Origin: a virus
Reading direction: 5' to 3' (one strand)
IMG/VR virus record: IMGVR_UViG_3300044712_000688
Location: 32,001 to 96,000 of that record
Length of the DNA: 64,000 nt
Of this stretch, positions 33,724 to 42,968 are shown in pieces. The position numbers and the translations under genes are program-made. The notes beneath the pieces are model-generated. The model was not told the DNA's origin and searched no databases. It saw only the letters and a program-made list of their open reading frames with translations. Each line of letters starts with the position of its first letter. Within the stretch, counting starts at the first letter, position 1.

Positions 33724-34277
33724 TGACAAACATGAACGAGTACATCAAGAAGAATCAGAAGCTGCCAAAGGTTATTTACGACATCTTTGCTGAATCTGTA
33801 TCAACCGATTTCCGAGATCAGCTGATCCGCGAGCTACGCGATAAGGGCTGGACTCTCGAGGCGATCTCAGGAGCGTCTGGGCTAACCCGTGAGCGCGTCC
33901 GCCAGATTGCAAAGACCAGCATTCCAGGCTTCCACACCCGCCTAGAGCTCCCAGAGCCTCCGCTAAAGCCAGAGAAGCCAAAGCCTGTTTACGTAGAGCC
34001 TTCTGCAGCTACGCTTGAGCGTCTACTAGAGCTTCAGCCATACGCCCAGCAGGTCCGCTCTAACGGCAAGAAGTACCGCGAGGAGGCCGAGGAATACACA
34101 CGCCTACTAAATCACGCACACACCGTAGAAGGCGTTACTCTGTACCGTCTTGCTAAGCGTCTTGGCGTTACTCACGGAGCCCTGCGCTTCCGTCTTGCAC
34201 GCTACGGCTACAAGAAGCCAGTAACGGCGACCTCTAAGGTTTACACTCCGATCTCGGCAGAGAACCGTATTAAGTAA
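33723..34277 (+). CDS. Double-HTH DNA-binding protein (sigma-70 region-4-like)
   Basis: WTLEAISGASGLTRERVRQI and VTLYRLAKRLGVTHGALRFRL. Confidence 0.75.
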   Translation: MTNMNEYIKKNQKLPKVIYDIFAESVSTDFRDQLIRELRDKGWTLEAISGASGLTRERVRQIAKTSIPGFHTRLELPEPPLKPEKPKPVYVEPSAATLERLLELQPYAQQVRSNGKKYREEAEEYTRLLNHAHTVEGVTLYRLAKRLGVTHGALRFRLARYGYKKPVTATSKVYTPISAENRIK

Positions 34278-34286
34278 GGACAATAA

Positions 34287-34607
34287 ATGAGTTTCACAGT
34301 TAAGAGCAGGCTAGAAGATCTAGTAGGCAAAAGGGTACGAATCACACTAGACAAGCGTGCTAAGGCATTTCACAACGATCTTTGGATTGGTGACCGCTTT
34401 GAGCAGGACGGACTTATCTTGTCTGGATTACTTACCGAAGTCAACAAGCACGGAGTTTTCTTCCATCACTTCTCAGAGGGTCTTGTAGCGTGGTCACAAG
34501 CCAAGCAGGCTTTCGAAGAGGGCAAGCTAGACGAAGAGCGTTTCTGGGAAGAGCAGACTGAACCTATGTTCTTCCCGTGGCACTCGATTGTTGCAATCGG
34601 CGTCTAA
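34287..34607 (+). CDS. Hypothetical protein
   Basis: AAGGA RBS. Confidence 0.65.
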   Translation: MSFTVKSRLEDLVGKRVRITLDKRAKAFHNDLWIGDRFEQDGLILSGLLTEVNKHGVFFHHFSEGLVAWSQAKQAFEEGKLDEERFWEEQTEPMFFPWHSIVAIGV

Positions 34608-34608
34608 A

Positions 34609-34896
34609 ATGTCTGGATTTCTATACAAGTCTTTTCACGAGGTGCCACTAGAGCGCCCGGAACGCTACATCAAGCAGCTGAATACGCACTTGTCTAAGAA
34701 GGGAGCCCTCCAAGAGGGCTTCCTTCTATTTCCAAACTTAGGAGCAGCCCTAGCCTACGAGGGCCCTAATACGGTTTACCTGAAAGCCTACGCGGATGAC
34801 GAAACATCCCTAGAGAAGATTCAAGATATTCTAGTTAAGCATTTATACAAGTTTGCTAAACTTAACGAAGACGCACACTGGAAAAGAATCGAGTAA
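34609..34896 (+). CDS. DUF2218-family protein
   Basis: ERPERYIKQLNTHLSKK...L.KIQDILVKHL.KFA. Confidence 0.7.
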   Translation: MSGFLYKSFHEVPLERPERYIKQLNTHLSKKGALQEGFLLFPNLGAALAYEGPNTVYLKAYADDETSLEKIQDILVKHLYKFAKLNEDAHWKRIE

Positions 34897-34898
34897 TT

Positions 34899-35504
34899 AT
34901 GCTTTCTAAAATAGTTAAAGAAGCTTCACAAGATGCTCACACTTCTGCCGAGCGTAGCCCGTTTATGACTGCGCTTATGCGCGGTCAGGTAGGAGCTGAC
35001 GCTTACGCGGATTACCTAACCCAGCTTGCTCCAATTTACGAAGCCCTTGAAGGCTGGGACGACCGTAGTAACCCGTGGCCGATGTTTGACCGCAGACTAG
35101 ACCGCTTCCAGCGAATCGTTTGCGACATAGAATCCCTAGGCGGATCCAAGATAGTTTGCAACAGCACGCTAGAGTACGTAGACCACATCAACAAGCTGGT
35201 CCGCACTAAGGACTGGACGCGCCTACTAGCTCACCACTACACCCGCTATCTCGGAGATCTCTCAGGTGGGCAGGCTATTGCATCTCTTGTTATGCGCAAC
35301 CTGATGATTCCCCCAAACTTCCTCTCTTTCTACGAGTTTGACGAGATCGAGGACAAGGTCCGCTACAAGGAAACCTACCGCGAGGGCCTAGATAGTCTGA
35401 ACCTTTCTACCGCTGACACGAAGATCTTTATTGACGAAGTCATCCTTGCCTTCAGGTTCAATCAGTACATCTTTGCTGAACTAGAAAAGCGCTGGCTAGC
35501 GTAA
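34899..35504 (+). CDS. Heme oxygenase (biliverdin-producing, HmuO-like)
   Basis: AHTSAE..PFM..L..G, IYEALE, LLAHHYTRYLGDLSGGQ. Confidence 0.9.
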   Translation: MLSKIVKEASQDAHTSAERSPFMTALMRGQVGADAYADYLTQLAPIYEALEGWDDRSNPWPMFDRRLDRFQRIVCDIESLGGSKIVCNSTLEYVDHINKLVRTKDWTRLLAHHYTRYLGDLSGGQAIASLVMRNLMIPPNFLSFYEFDEIEDKVRYKETYREGLDSLNLSTADTKIFIDEVILAFRFNQYIFAELEKRWLA

Positions 35505-35584
35505 TGACTGCTTTGCTTAGAATTCTTAGAAACCTTTTCAAGGGAAAGAAGAATAAGCAAAAGCGTAGAGACTTCATCTACTGA
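35504..35584 (+). CDS. 26-aa basic micro-ORF ending KRRDFIY
   Basis: Fills the gap exactly with coupled start/stop before the carbamoyltransferase. Confidence 0.55.
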   Translation: MTALLRILRNLFKGKKNKQKRRDFIY

Positions 35585-35586
35585 CC

Positions 35587-37026
35587 ATGAAAATACTAGG
35601 CATTAACGAGACCTCTCACGATGCTGCTGTATGTCTAATAGAAGACGGGGATATTCTCTACGCATCTCACGCAGAACGCTTCAGCGGTGTAAAGAATGAC
35701 GTTTCTCTAAACTCAGCAATTCTTCAAGAAGCACTGTCTTACGGAACCCCGGATCGAGTGGCGTATTTCGAGAACAGCGCACTAAAGCGACTGCGTCTAC
35801 TAACTCGCGGTGGCCTACAACCAGCCAAGCCCTACTACAAAACTTATGCGCCCCTACAGGGCATACCAGTCACGTCCGTTTCACATCACAGGTCCCACGC
35901 GTCTGCGGGCTACTACACATCTGGCTTTGATGACGCTGTAGTTATTGTTCTTGATGCGATTGGCGAGTTCACCACTAGTTCCGTTTGGGCGGGCGAAGGT
36001 GACAAGTTGACACGAATCAAGAGCTGGAGCTACCCATACAGCTTCGGATTGTTCTACTCAGCGTTTACCCAGTTGATCGGGCTGAAGCCGAACGAGGAAG
36101 AATACATTTTGATGGGAATGTCTGCTTACGGAGATCCAGAGAAATACTTAGACAAAGTTTCCGAGTACTTCCCTTCTGTTTACAAGCAGAGCTACAACTT
36201 TCACCGAGGCATCAATAACTGGGGGCAAGAGATCTCGGAAGAAGATAGGTTCCACATTGCAGCTTCAGTGCAGAAAGTCTATGAAGACCGCTTATGGGAT
36301 TTTGTCTACATTGCTAGACAAGAATCGGACAGTTCCAATTTAGTTTTCATGGGCGGATGCGCACTAAACAGTAAAGCCAACACATTACTTCACGACATCT
36401 TTCCTAACGTATGGATCATGCCAAACCCTGGCGATGCCGGATCATCTCTCGGCGCTGCGGCTTCCGTCTACGGAGCACATTTAAACTGGCAGACGCCGTA
36501 TCTAGGTTCGGATATCGCTGGTGACTACCCAGTGCAGAAAATTGTTGACGGCATTCTGTCTGACGGAATCGTAGCTGTAGCATCAGGACGCGCTGAGTTC
36601 GGTCCTAGGGCATTAGGCAACAGGAGCCTTCTTGCCGATGCTCGCGATCCTCTAGTCAAACTTCGACTGAACGAAATCAAGGGCCGAGAAGATTTTAGGC
36701 CCGTAGCTCCTGTAATTATGGAAGAGTACGCTCACGAGTGGTTTGATATGGACTACACCTCTCCGTACATGCAATTTACGCCTCGATGCCTAAAGCCAGA
36801 ACTGATTCCAGCTGCCGTGCATGTAGACGGCACCTCTAGGGTTCAGACAGTCAATAGGAGCCAACACCAAGGTCTCTATGACACCCTTTCTGAATACCGA
36901 AAGCTCACGGGCATTCCTGTTCTACTGAACACCAGCTTGAACATCAAAGGCCAGCCACTTGTAAACACAGCAGAGGACGCACGGAAGTGGTCTCTTGTAA
37001 ACAAGATGGAGGTTCTCGGTGCGTAG
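35587..37026 (+). CDS. Carbamoyltransferase (NodU/CmcH family)
   Basis: ILGI..HDAA, HHRSHA, DAIGE, GGCALN, PGDAG, GRAEFGPRALGNRS, FRPVAP, HVDGTSRVQTV, LNTSLN. Confidence 0.95.
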   Translation: MKILGINETSHDAAVCLIEDGDILYASHAERFSGVKNDVSLNSAILQEALSYGTPDRVAYFENSALKRLRLLTRGGLQPAKPYYKTYAPLQGIPVTSVSHHRSHASAGYYTSGFDDAVVIVLDAIGEFTTSSVWAGEGDKLTRIKSWSYPYSFGLFYSAFTQLIGLKPNEEEYILMGMSAYGDPEKYLDKVSEYFPSVYKQSYNFHRGINNWGQEISEEDRFHIAASVQKVYEDRLWDFVYIARQESDSSNLVFMGGCALNSKANTLLHDIFPNVWIMPNPGDAGSSLGAAASVYGAHLNWQTPYLGSDIAGDYPVQKIVDGILSDGIVAVASGRAEFGPRALGNRSLLADARDPLVKLRLNEIKGREDFRPVAPVIMEEYAHEWFDMDYTSPYMQFTPRCLKPELIPAAVHVDGTSRVQTVNRSQHQGLYDTLSEYRKLTGIPVLLNTSLNIKGQPLVNTAEDARKWSLVNKMEVLGA

Positions 37027-37936
37027 GTGGGTAGATACTCCGGGAATTAGAGAATCCATAGAATCATTTAGGGCCGAGAATGTCGAACCCACAAAGACTA
37101 TTCCACTAGGGTCCGAGCTTTATAAGTTCAATACGACAACTTCAAGATTTAAGACTGTCTGCAAAAATGCATCCAAGATTGACAAAGCCTTTGATCCAAG
37201 CCAGCTTTACGTTCTAAATTCTGACGGGCTCAGGTCTGATGAATTCACCAGCGAGCATGACGGTAAGCACGTTCTTTTTGCTGGATGCTCAGTTACCGCA
37301 GGTGAGGGACTTTTACTGGAACACACATGGGCATATAAGGTCTACCAAGAGCTAGCTCAGACAGAGAAACTGTCTGGCTATTTCAACATTGCTTTTCCAG
37401 GGGCATCTATTGCAGAGATAATCTCTCAAATATTTAGATACATAAATCTGTACGGCAACCCTTCAACTATTTTTGTCAACTTCCCCGACCCTGACCGAGA
37501 GTACTACTACGCATCAGCTATGGATTTCAGGGAGAGCGACTCCGTCCATGGCATAGACGATCCGATGAAACTAGTAGACACCAAGCAAATTGACTCACTT
37601 GTTTTTGCTTTGTATCTAGCGTTGAATGTCTACTGTAGGGCGCAGGGGATAACTCTGATAGCGACTACGTGGGCATCTTTAGAGTGGCGCACAGATCTAG
37701 AACACTACTCAGGGGATGTTCGAGAGAGCCTTCTAGGTCTCGACTTGACTAATCAGGAAAGTGCGATAGAAGCCCACTGTCAGAACTATGAGCTAGAATA
37801 TAAACACAGTAAATACAAAAAGTTTTTTCGCGATGCTCTTGACGAAGATCACCAAGGTCTAGCGATACATGATTACTATTCTAAATATTTTATGAATCGG
37901 TATCATGACAGTAGAGATGCAGAGATTGGATTCTAA
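37019..37936 (+). CDS. SGNH-like hypothetical protein
   Basis: NSDGLRSDEF, FAGCSVTAGEG, NIAFPGAS, DEDHQG. Confidence 0.6.
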   Translation: MRRWVDTPGIRESIESFRAENVEPTKTIPLGSELYKFNTTTSRFKTVCKNASKIDKAFDPSQLYVLNSDGLRSDEFTSEHDGKHVLFAGCSVTAGEGLLLEHTWAYKVYQELAQTEKLSGYFNIAFPGASIAEIISQIFRYINLYGNPSTIFVNFPDPDREYYYASAMDFRESDSVHGIDDPMKLVDTKQIDSLVFALYLALNVYCRAQGITLIATTWASLEWRTDLEHYSGDVRESLLGLDLTNQESAIEAHCQNYELEYKHSKYKKFFRDALDEDHQGLAIHDYYSKYFMNRYHDSRDAEIGF

Positions 37937-39339
37937 TGGGTAAAAGCATTATGGAGCAGATTGCGCTCCTGCCCCCAGAAGAACAGCGTGCAGCATTGGC
38001 AGGTCTGGACCCAGAGCAATTGATGTGGGACTGGTCCGTATGGGGGCGTCCAGAACAGCAAGCTCCTGAAGGCGACTGGAATATCTGGCTTGTACTAGCA
38101 GGTCGTGGTTTCGGTAAGACTCGCCTTGCGTCCGAATGGGTGCGCGAAGAAGCGAAATACACCAACACCGGCCAGCGTCGTTTCGGTCTGGTTGCCCGTA
38201 CCGCAGCCGACGTGCGTGACGTTATCGTTGAAGGTGAGTCAGGAATCCTGAACGTCACTCCTCCGAGCGAGCGTCCACTCTACGAGCCTTCGAAACGTCG
38301 TCTAACTTGGCCTAACGGAAATACCGCCACACTCTTCACCGCGGATGAGCCTGACTCGCTCCGTGGTCCTCAGTTCACTCACGCATGGGGCGATGAGATC
38401 GCGGCTTGGCGTCAAACCCCAGACGCTGCAGGCATGACTGCGTTTGACAACTTACGCGTTGGTACTCGTCTTGGTGCACACCCAAAGATTCTGGTTACCA
38501 CTACCCCGAAGCGCACACCGCTTCTTTACAAACTTATCGAAGAGTCCATGAAGGGCGACATCGTAAAGATCACTCGCGGTTCAACAATGGACAACGCAGG
38601 TAACCTGTCTGGCGCGTATCTTGACACAATGCTTGGCGTTTACGAGGGAACATCTCTTGCCCGTCAGGAACTCTACGGTGAAATGCTTGAGGCCATGGAA
38701 GGCGCTCTTTGGACCGAGGAAATGATTGAAGCTGGTAGAGAAAGCTACTACCCGCTCTCTACACCACTAAGAGTGATTGGAGTTGATCCATCTGTTGCGG
38801 AAAATCCGAGAGATGAGTGCGGCATTGTTGTTTGCGCTTCTACTTCTGAGCATGATCTTTATAAGCGCCAAGCCTGGGTATTGGAAGACGCGTCAGTCCA
38901 CGGTTCCCCGGACGTTTGGGCCAATCAGGTTGTTAAAATGGCTCGCAAATGGGGTTGTCCTGTTGTTGCGGAAGTTAATCAGGGCGGTGCACTTGTACGC
39001 AACGCGATTAACACCATCGACCCAACTATTAAAGTCCTCGAAGTCCACTCTAAGCAAGGAAAAGCTCTCCGAGCAGAGCCAATTACACTAGCCTACGAGC
39101 AACAGCGTGTCCACCACGTCGGATATCTTGCTGATTTGGAGTCACAGATGATCTCTTGGGTGCCTGGAGAGGGTAAATCGCCTGACCGTGTTGACGCTTT
39201 GGTGCATGCAATGACTGCACTGCTCATTAAACCGCCTGCAGGCTTCTCTGGAGGCAAAATTCGCGCTAAATCGCTATCTGATCGCCGAATTCCGAATACT
39301 AGACCAGGAAATAACGGAAAAATCTTCCGAGTACGCTAA
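37936..39339 (+). CDS. terL: Terminase large subunit
   Basis: LAGRGFGKTR, SLRGPQF..AWGDE, TTTP, IGVDP, SPDRVDA. Confidence 0.95.
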   Translation: MGKSIMEQIALLPPEEQRAALAGLDPEQLMWDWSVWGRPEQQAPEGDWNIWLVLAGRGFGKTRLASEWVREEAKYTNTGQRRFGLVARTAADVRDVIVEGESGILNVTPPSERPLYEPSKRRLTWPNGNTATLFTADEPDSLRGPQFTHAWGDEIAAWRQTPDAAGMTAFDNLRVGTRLGAHPKILVTTTPKRTPLLYKLIEESMKGDIVKITRGSTMDNAGNLSGAYLDTMLGVYEGTSLARQELYGEMLEAMEGALWTEEMIEAGRESYYPLSTPLRVIGVDPSVAENPRDECGIVVCASTSEHDLYKRQAWVLEDASVHGSPDVWANQVVKMARKWGCPVVAEVNQGGALVRNAINTIDPTIKVLEVHSKQGKALRAEPITLAYEQQRVHHVGYLADLESQMISWVPGEGKSPDRVDALVHAMTALLIKPPAGFSGGKIRAKSLSDRRIPNTRPGNNGKIFRVR

Positions 39340-39704
39340 TGAAAGTTTTACTAGACGTGTTTCCGGCTCACCTAGCGGTGGTTCCAGCTGGCACTTTTGA
39401 TGATGTTTACTCTTTAAAGTCGAATCCGGCTACCCCCGACGCGTTTTATAGGGCAACTACCCGCGTTGTTGTCACTGAAGAGGCTATTTTTGTTGCTCAG
39501 GACTCTCCAAATGGTGCTCAGATCATTTTTCAGGAGAAATATGACCTTTTACTGCCTGCTGCAGACAAAAAAAGTGATTACAGGGTTGTAACCAAGTCTG
39601 GAAAGATGCTAGCATTCCAAAAAGACACCAATTGCGGGTGCGGATCACGCCTTCGCAGTTGGAATGCGTATAAAACTATTACGGCACTGAAGGACGGACT
39701 ATGA
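39339..39704 (+). CDS. Hypothetical protein with C-terminal CGCGS
   Basis: Position after terL. Confidence 0.7.
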   Translation: MKVLLDVFPAHLAVVPAGTFDDVYSLKSNPATPDAFYRATTRVVVTEEAIFVAQDSPNGAQIIFQEKYDLLLPAADKKSDYRVVTKSGKMLAFQKDTNCGCGSRLRSWNAYKTITALKDGL

Positions 39705-39988
39705 GTATTGACTGGTTTTCGTACTTGCTATTAGTTTTAGCTGCTTATAGAGTTACTCGAGCAATAACTACGGACACAATCTTTGAATTTGCTCGAGAAA
39801 AAGTGTGGAAAAGGTTTCCACCAGATACAAAACTTGGATATTTGATCACTTGCAACTGGTGTACTGGTTTCTGGGTGTCAATTGTCTTTGTCGTGGCTTA
39901 TATTTTAGTGCCAGATATCGTTTTTGTGGTATCATTAGTCTTATCAACGTCTGCATTAGTGGGTATCATTTCTTCTAAGGCTGAATAA
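39701..39988 (+). CDS. DUF1360-like membrane protein
   Basis: LAAYRVTRAITTDTIF...LGYLITCNWCTGFWVS. Confidence 0.8.
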   Translation: MSIDWFSYLLLVLAAYRVTRAITTDTIFEFAREKVWKRFPPDTKLGYLITCNWCTGFWVSIVFVVAYILVPDIVFVVSLVLSTSALVGIISSKAE

Positions 39989-40000
39989 CAGGGAGTACCC

Positions 40001-41761
40001 TTGGGAATTTTTAAAAAGAACAACAAAAATGCTCGCGGTAGAGCATTGGCTGCTGGGTTGCGTGCATCTACTCCCCGAAGTGCAACCCCTATCGCTCCAG
40101 GCATCTCTGTAGACTCGTTCGGTCTGGTATATGCAGAGCCTGCATCCTACAATGCACCTCGCCCTCTTACTGCTGCCGCTGCTCAGATCCGAATCGGCGA
40201 CAAAACTGAAGCGGAAATGTTTAAGAATCGTCGTCAGTCAGCTGCGACTGCATGGCAAGCCGAAGCATGGGAGTACTACGATGCAATTGGTGAAATTAAA
40301 TATGCGTTTAATCTTGTGGCGTCTGTCGTATCACGTATCCGCCTTTACGCTGCTGCTGTAGATGACCCATCGGAAGCTCCAGTACCAGTTGATCTCTCAA
40401 AGATTGTTGATCCTCAGCTGGCATCTGCTGCTCAGCGTGCGCTATCTCGTCTTGACTCAGCTTATGGTGGTCAGGCAGGTCTTCTAAAGGACGCAGCCCT
40501 AAACTTGCAGGTCACTGGTGAGTGCTACCTAGTTCAGGTTCCAGAGCGTATTGGTTCACAGATTCCAGAGTCGTGGGATATCCGTTCCGTAGACGAACTA
40601 CAGCTTGACTCACGTGGAAACTACACCATCAACCCGATTCGTGACGCTAGCGGTTCTTCTTCAGGTCAAGCTGGTAAGAATGCAATCCGTCTACCGTCCG
40701 ATGCGTTTATCGGACGTATCTGGAAAGCACACCCACGCTACTCAATGGAGTCTGACAGCTCGCTACGCGGACTTTTAGATCTCTGTGCGGAATTGTTGCT
40801 ACTTAACCGTACTTTCCGCGCTACGGCCCGTTCTCGCCTCAATGCGGGTGCTTTGTACCTGCCTGACGGTTTGTCTGTTGCAGCTAGCCCTGACCCAGAC
40901 TACCCATACGACGAAGATGGCGAGTACAACGAGCTCTACAACACCGAAGAAGCTGCCGACGACTTTGAGGATCAGCTCATTGACGCGATGACCACTCCGA
41001 TCAAGGACGAGGACTCTGCTTCTGCTGTTGTTCCACTGATCATTCGTGGTCCGGCTGAACTTGGCGACAAGATCAAGCAGTTCAAGTTCGAGCGTTCATT
41101 CGACGCATCGCTAGTTGCTCGTGCTGATCGTGTACTAGAGCGCATCATGCAGGGTCTAGACGTCCCTAAAGACGTTGTGACGGGACTTGCGAACGTTAAG
41201 TACTCCAACGCACTACAAATCGATGAAGCCCTCTACAAGGCGCACATCGAGCCTCTGATGCTACTTATTGCTGACGCACTAACTGTTGTGTACCTGCGTC
41301 CATACCTAATCGCCAACGGCTACGACAAAGATGAAGTAGACCGTATTCAGGTTTGGTATGACCCGAGCCAAGTTGCTACTCGTAATGACCGCGCAGCCGA
41401 TGCTGACTCTGGTTTCGAAAAGATGGCAGTGTCTTTCAACACTTGGCGTCGTGCGCATGGCTTCTCTGAGGCAGATGCACCGAGTCCAGAAGAGTTGGCG
41501 CTACGTCTTGTTGTCGAGAAGGGTATGATCACTCCAGAGTTGACTCAGTCAATGCTAGAAGCGGTTGCACCAGAGCTTAAGGACCTGATCAATGCAGCCA
41601 GCCAAGCAAACTCTGTTGCTCCGATGACACCAGAGATTGAAAACATTCTCGAAGGTGGTCCAGGCACCCCTACCCCAGAGCCATCGGCTGAAACCGCTCC
41701 AGCCGAAGCACCACCTACATCAGCAGCCCCAACTACAGAACCTGAGGTACCAACACCATGA
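40001..41761 (+). CDS. Portal protein
   Basis: Follows terL; WQ.EAWEYYD.IGE, SR.RL, G.IWK.HP, LYKAHIEP. Confidence 0.9.
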   Translation: MGIFKKNNKNARGRALAAGLRASTPRSATPIAPGISVDSFGLVYAEPASYNAPRPLTAAAAQIRIGDKTEAEMFKNRRQSAATAWQAEAWEYYDAIGEIKYAFNLVASVVSRIRLYAAAVDDPSEAPVPVDLSKIVDPQLASAAQRALSRLDSAYGGQAGLLKDAALNLQVTGECYLVQVPERIGSQIPESWDIRSVDELQLDSRGNYTINPIRDASGSSSGQAGKNAIRLPSDAFIGRIWKAHPRYSMESDSSLRGLLDLCAELLLLNRTFRATARSRLNAGALYLPDGLSVAASPDPDYPYDEDGEYNELYNTEEAADDFEDQLIDAMTTPIKDEDSASAVVPLIIRGPAELGDKIKQFKFERSFDASLVARADRVLERIMQGLDVPKDVVTGLANVKYSNALQIDEALYKAHIEPLMLLIADALTVVYLRPYLIANGYDKDEVDRIQVWYDPSQVATRNDRAADADSGFEKMAVSFNTWRRAHGFSEADAPSPEELALRLVVEKGMITPELTQSMLEAVAPELKDLINAASQANSVAPMTPEIENILEGGPGTPTPEPSAETAPAEAPPTSAAPTTEPEVPTP

Positions 41762-42213
41762 CCTACGAAAAAAACGGTCTAGCAAAACATTTAGCACACT
41801 TGCTAGCCGATGTAGTTACTCTTGGATTCCTGACTCAGGGATATCACTGGAATGTAAAGGGACTCAACTTCTCTCAGTTCCATGAGTTTTTTGCAGAGAT
41901 TTATGGAGATGTTGATAGCGCGATTGATCCGCTTGCTGAGAACATCCGCAAACTCGGGTATGACTCTCCTTACTTGCTCACTGACTTTGCTGAGCTGACT
42001 TGTATTGTCCGCCAAGAGCGCGAACTCGGTGACGCGGTTTCAATGGTAGAGTCTCTGGCTCGTGTAAACCAGTCAGTGCTTATGTGCTACGAACAGGCCT
42101 TCACCATGGCCAGTGCTTGCAATGAGCAGGGAATTGCTGATTTTGTTGCTGGACGTATTGACATGCACCAGAAGTGGCAGTGGCAGTTGAAATCAACTCT
42201 AGGGGTTCAGTAA
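41758..42213 (+). CDS. dps: Dps/ferritin-like protein
   Basis: GYHWNVKG..F...HEFF.EIY....D.LAE.IRKLG...H.KW.WQL. Confidence 0.9.
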   Translation: MTYEKNGLAKHLAHLLADVVTLGFLTQGYHWNVKGLNFSQFHEFFAEIYGDVDSAIDPLAENIRKLGYDSPYLLTDFAELTCIVRQERELGDAVSMVESLARVNQSVLMCYEQAFTMASACNEQGIADFVAGRIDMHQKWQWQLKSTLGVQ

Positions 42214-42896
42214 TGTCATACGTTGACGACATCTTCAAAAAGAATAATGGCGAGTACGTATTAGTTCCCGAAGAGGAAGAGCTAGCTAATGCTCTTCAGT
42301 TGATTGCCAACAAGTACGGCAAGTTCAACGATGACAACACCGGAATCTGGGCAGGATACACTCCTGCATCAGAGAACGAAGAGAACGCAGCCATTGGCGT
42401 CAAGTGTGGTAACTGCGTTTTCTTTAATGCACCTAACGGCTGCTCAATCATTGCAGCTGAAGTTGAAGATGGCGGGCTATGCCGTTTCGCAGTTCTGCCA
42501 GATGGTGCAGTGACCGCGACTGCCGGGTCTAAGCCAGCTCCCAAGAAAGACCGAATCAAGGGCTCTGACAAGAACAAAAAGGGATCGGCTGCCGAAGGCA
42601 AGTCTGTGAACTTCACCGAAGAGATTATTACAGCTCTAAAGAACAAACTAGAAACTCACAACAAGAAGGCACCAGACGGTAGGAAAGCTACTATGGCGGC
42701 CCTCAAGGCTGTGTATCGTCGTGGTGCAGGCGCATTCTCTACCTCACACCGACCAGACCAAAACCGCAACTCGTGGGCCATGGCTCGTGTAAATGCATAT
42801 TTGCACTTACTACGCTCTGGTTCTCCTAAAAATTCAAAATATACAACTGACAACGACCTGCTTCCAAAAGCACATCCGAAGTCAACTAGAAAATAA
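42213..42896 (+). CDS. Two-domain head-module protein (Cys cluster CGNCVFF...C...C plus LKAVYRRGAGAFSTSHRP...WAMARVNA domain)
   Basis: ATG 42213 coupled to dps stop; both motifs recur in phage head modules. Confidence 0.75.
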   Translation: MSYVDDIFKKNNGEYVLVPEEEELANALQLIANKYGKFNDDNTGIWAGYTPASENEENAAIGVKCGNCVFFNAPNGCSIIAAEVEDGGLCRFAVLPDGAVTATAGSKPAPKKDRIKGSDKNKKGSAAEGKSVNFTEEIITALKNKLETHNKKAPDGRKATMAALKAVYRRGAGAFSTSHRPDQNRNSWAMARVNAYLHLLRSGSPKNSKYTTDNDLLPKAHPKSTRK

Positions 42897-42968
42897 ATTG
42901 TCCAGTAATACGGTAAAATTCTAGTATCATAGCTTAAGCAAATATTGCCCTGCTCAGGAAGGCCTAAA

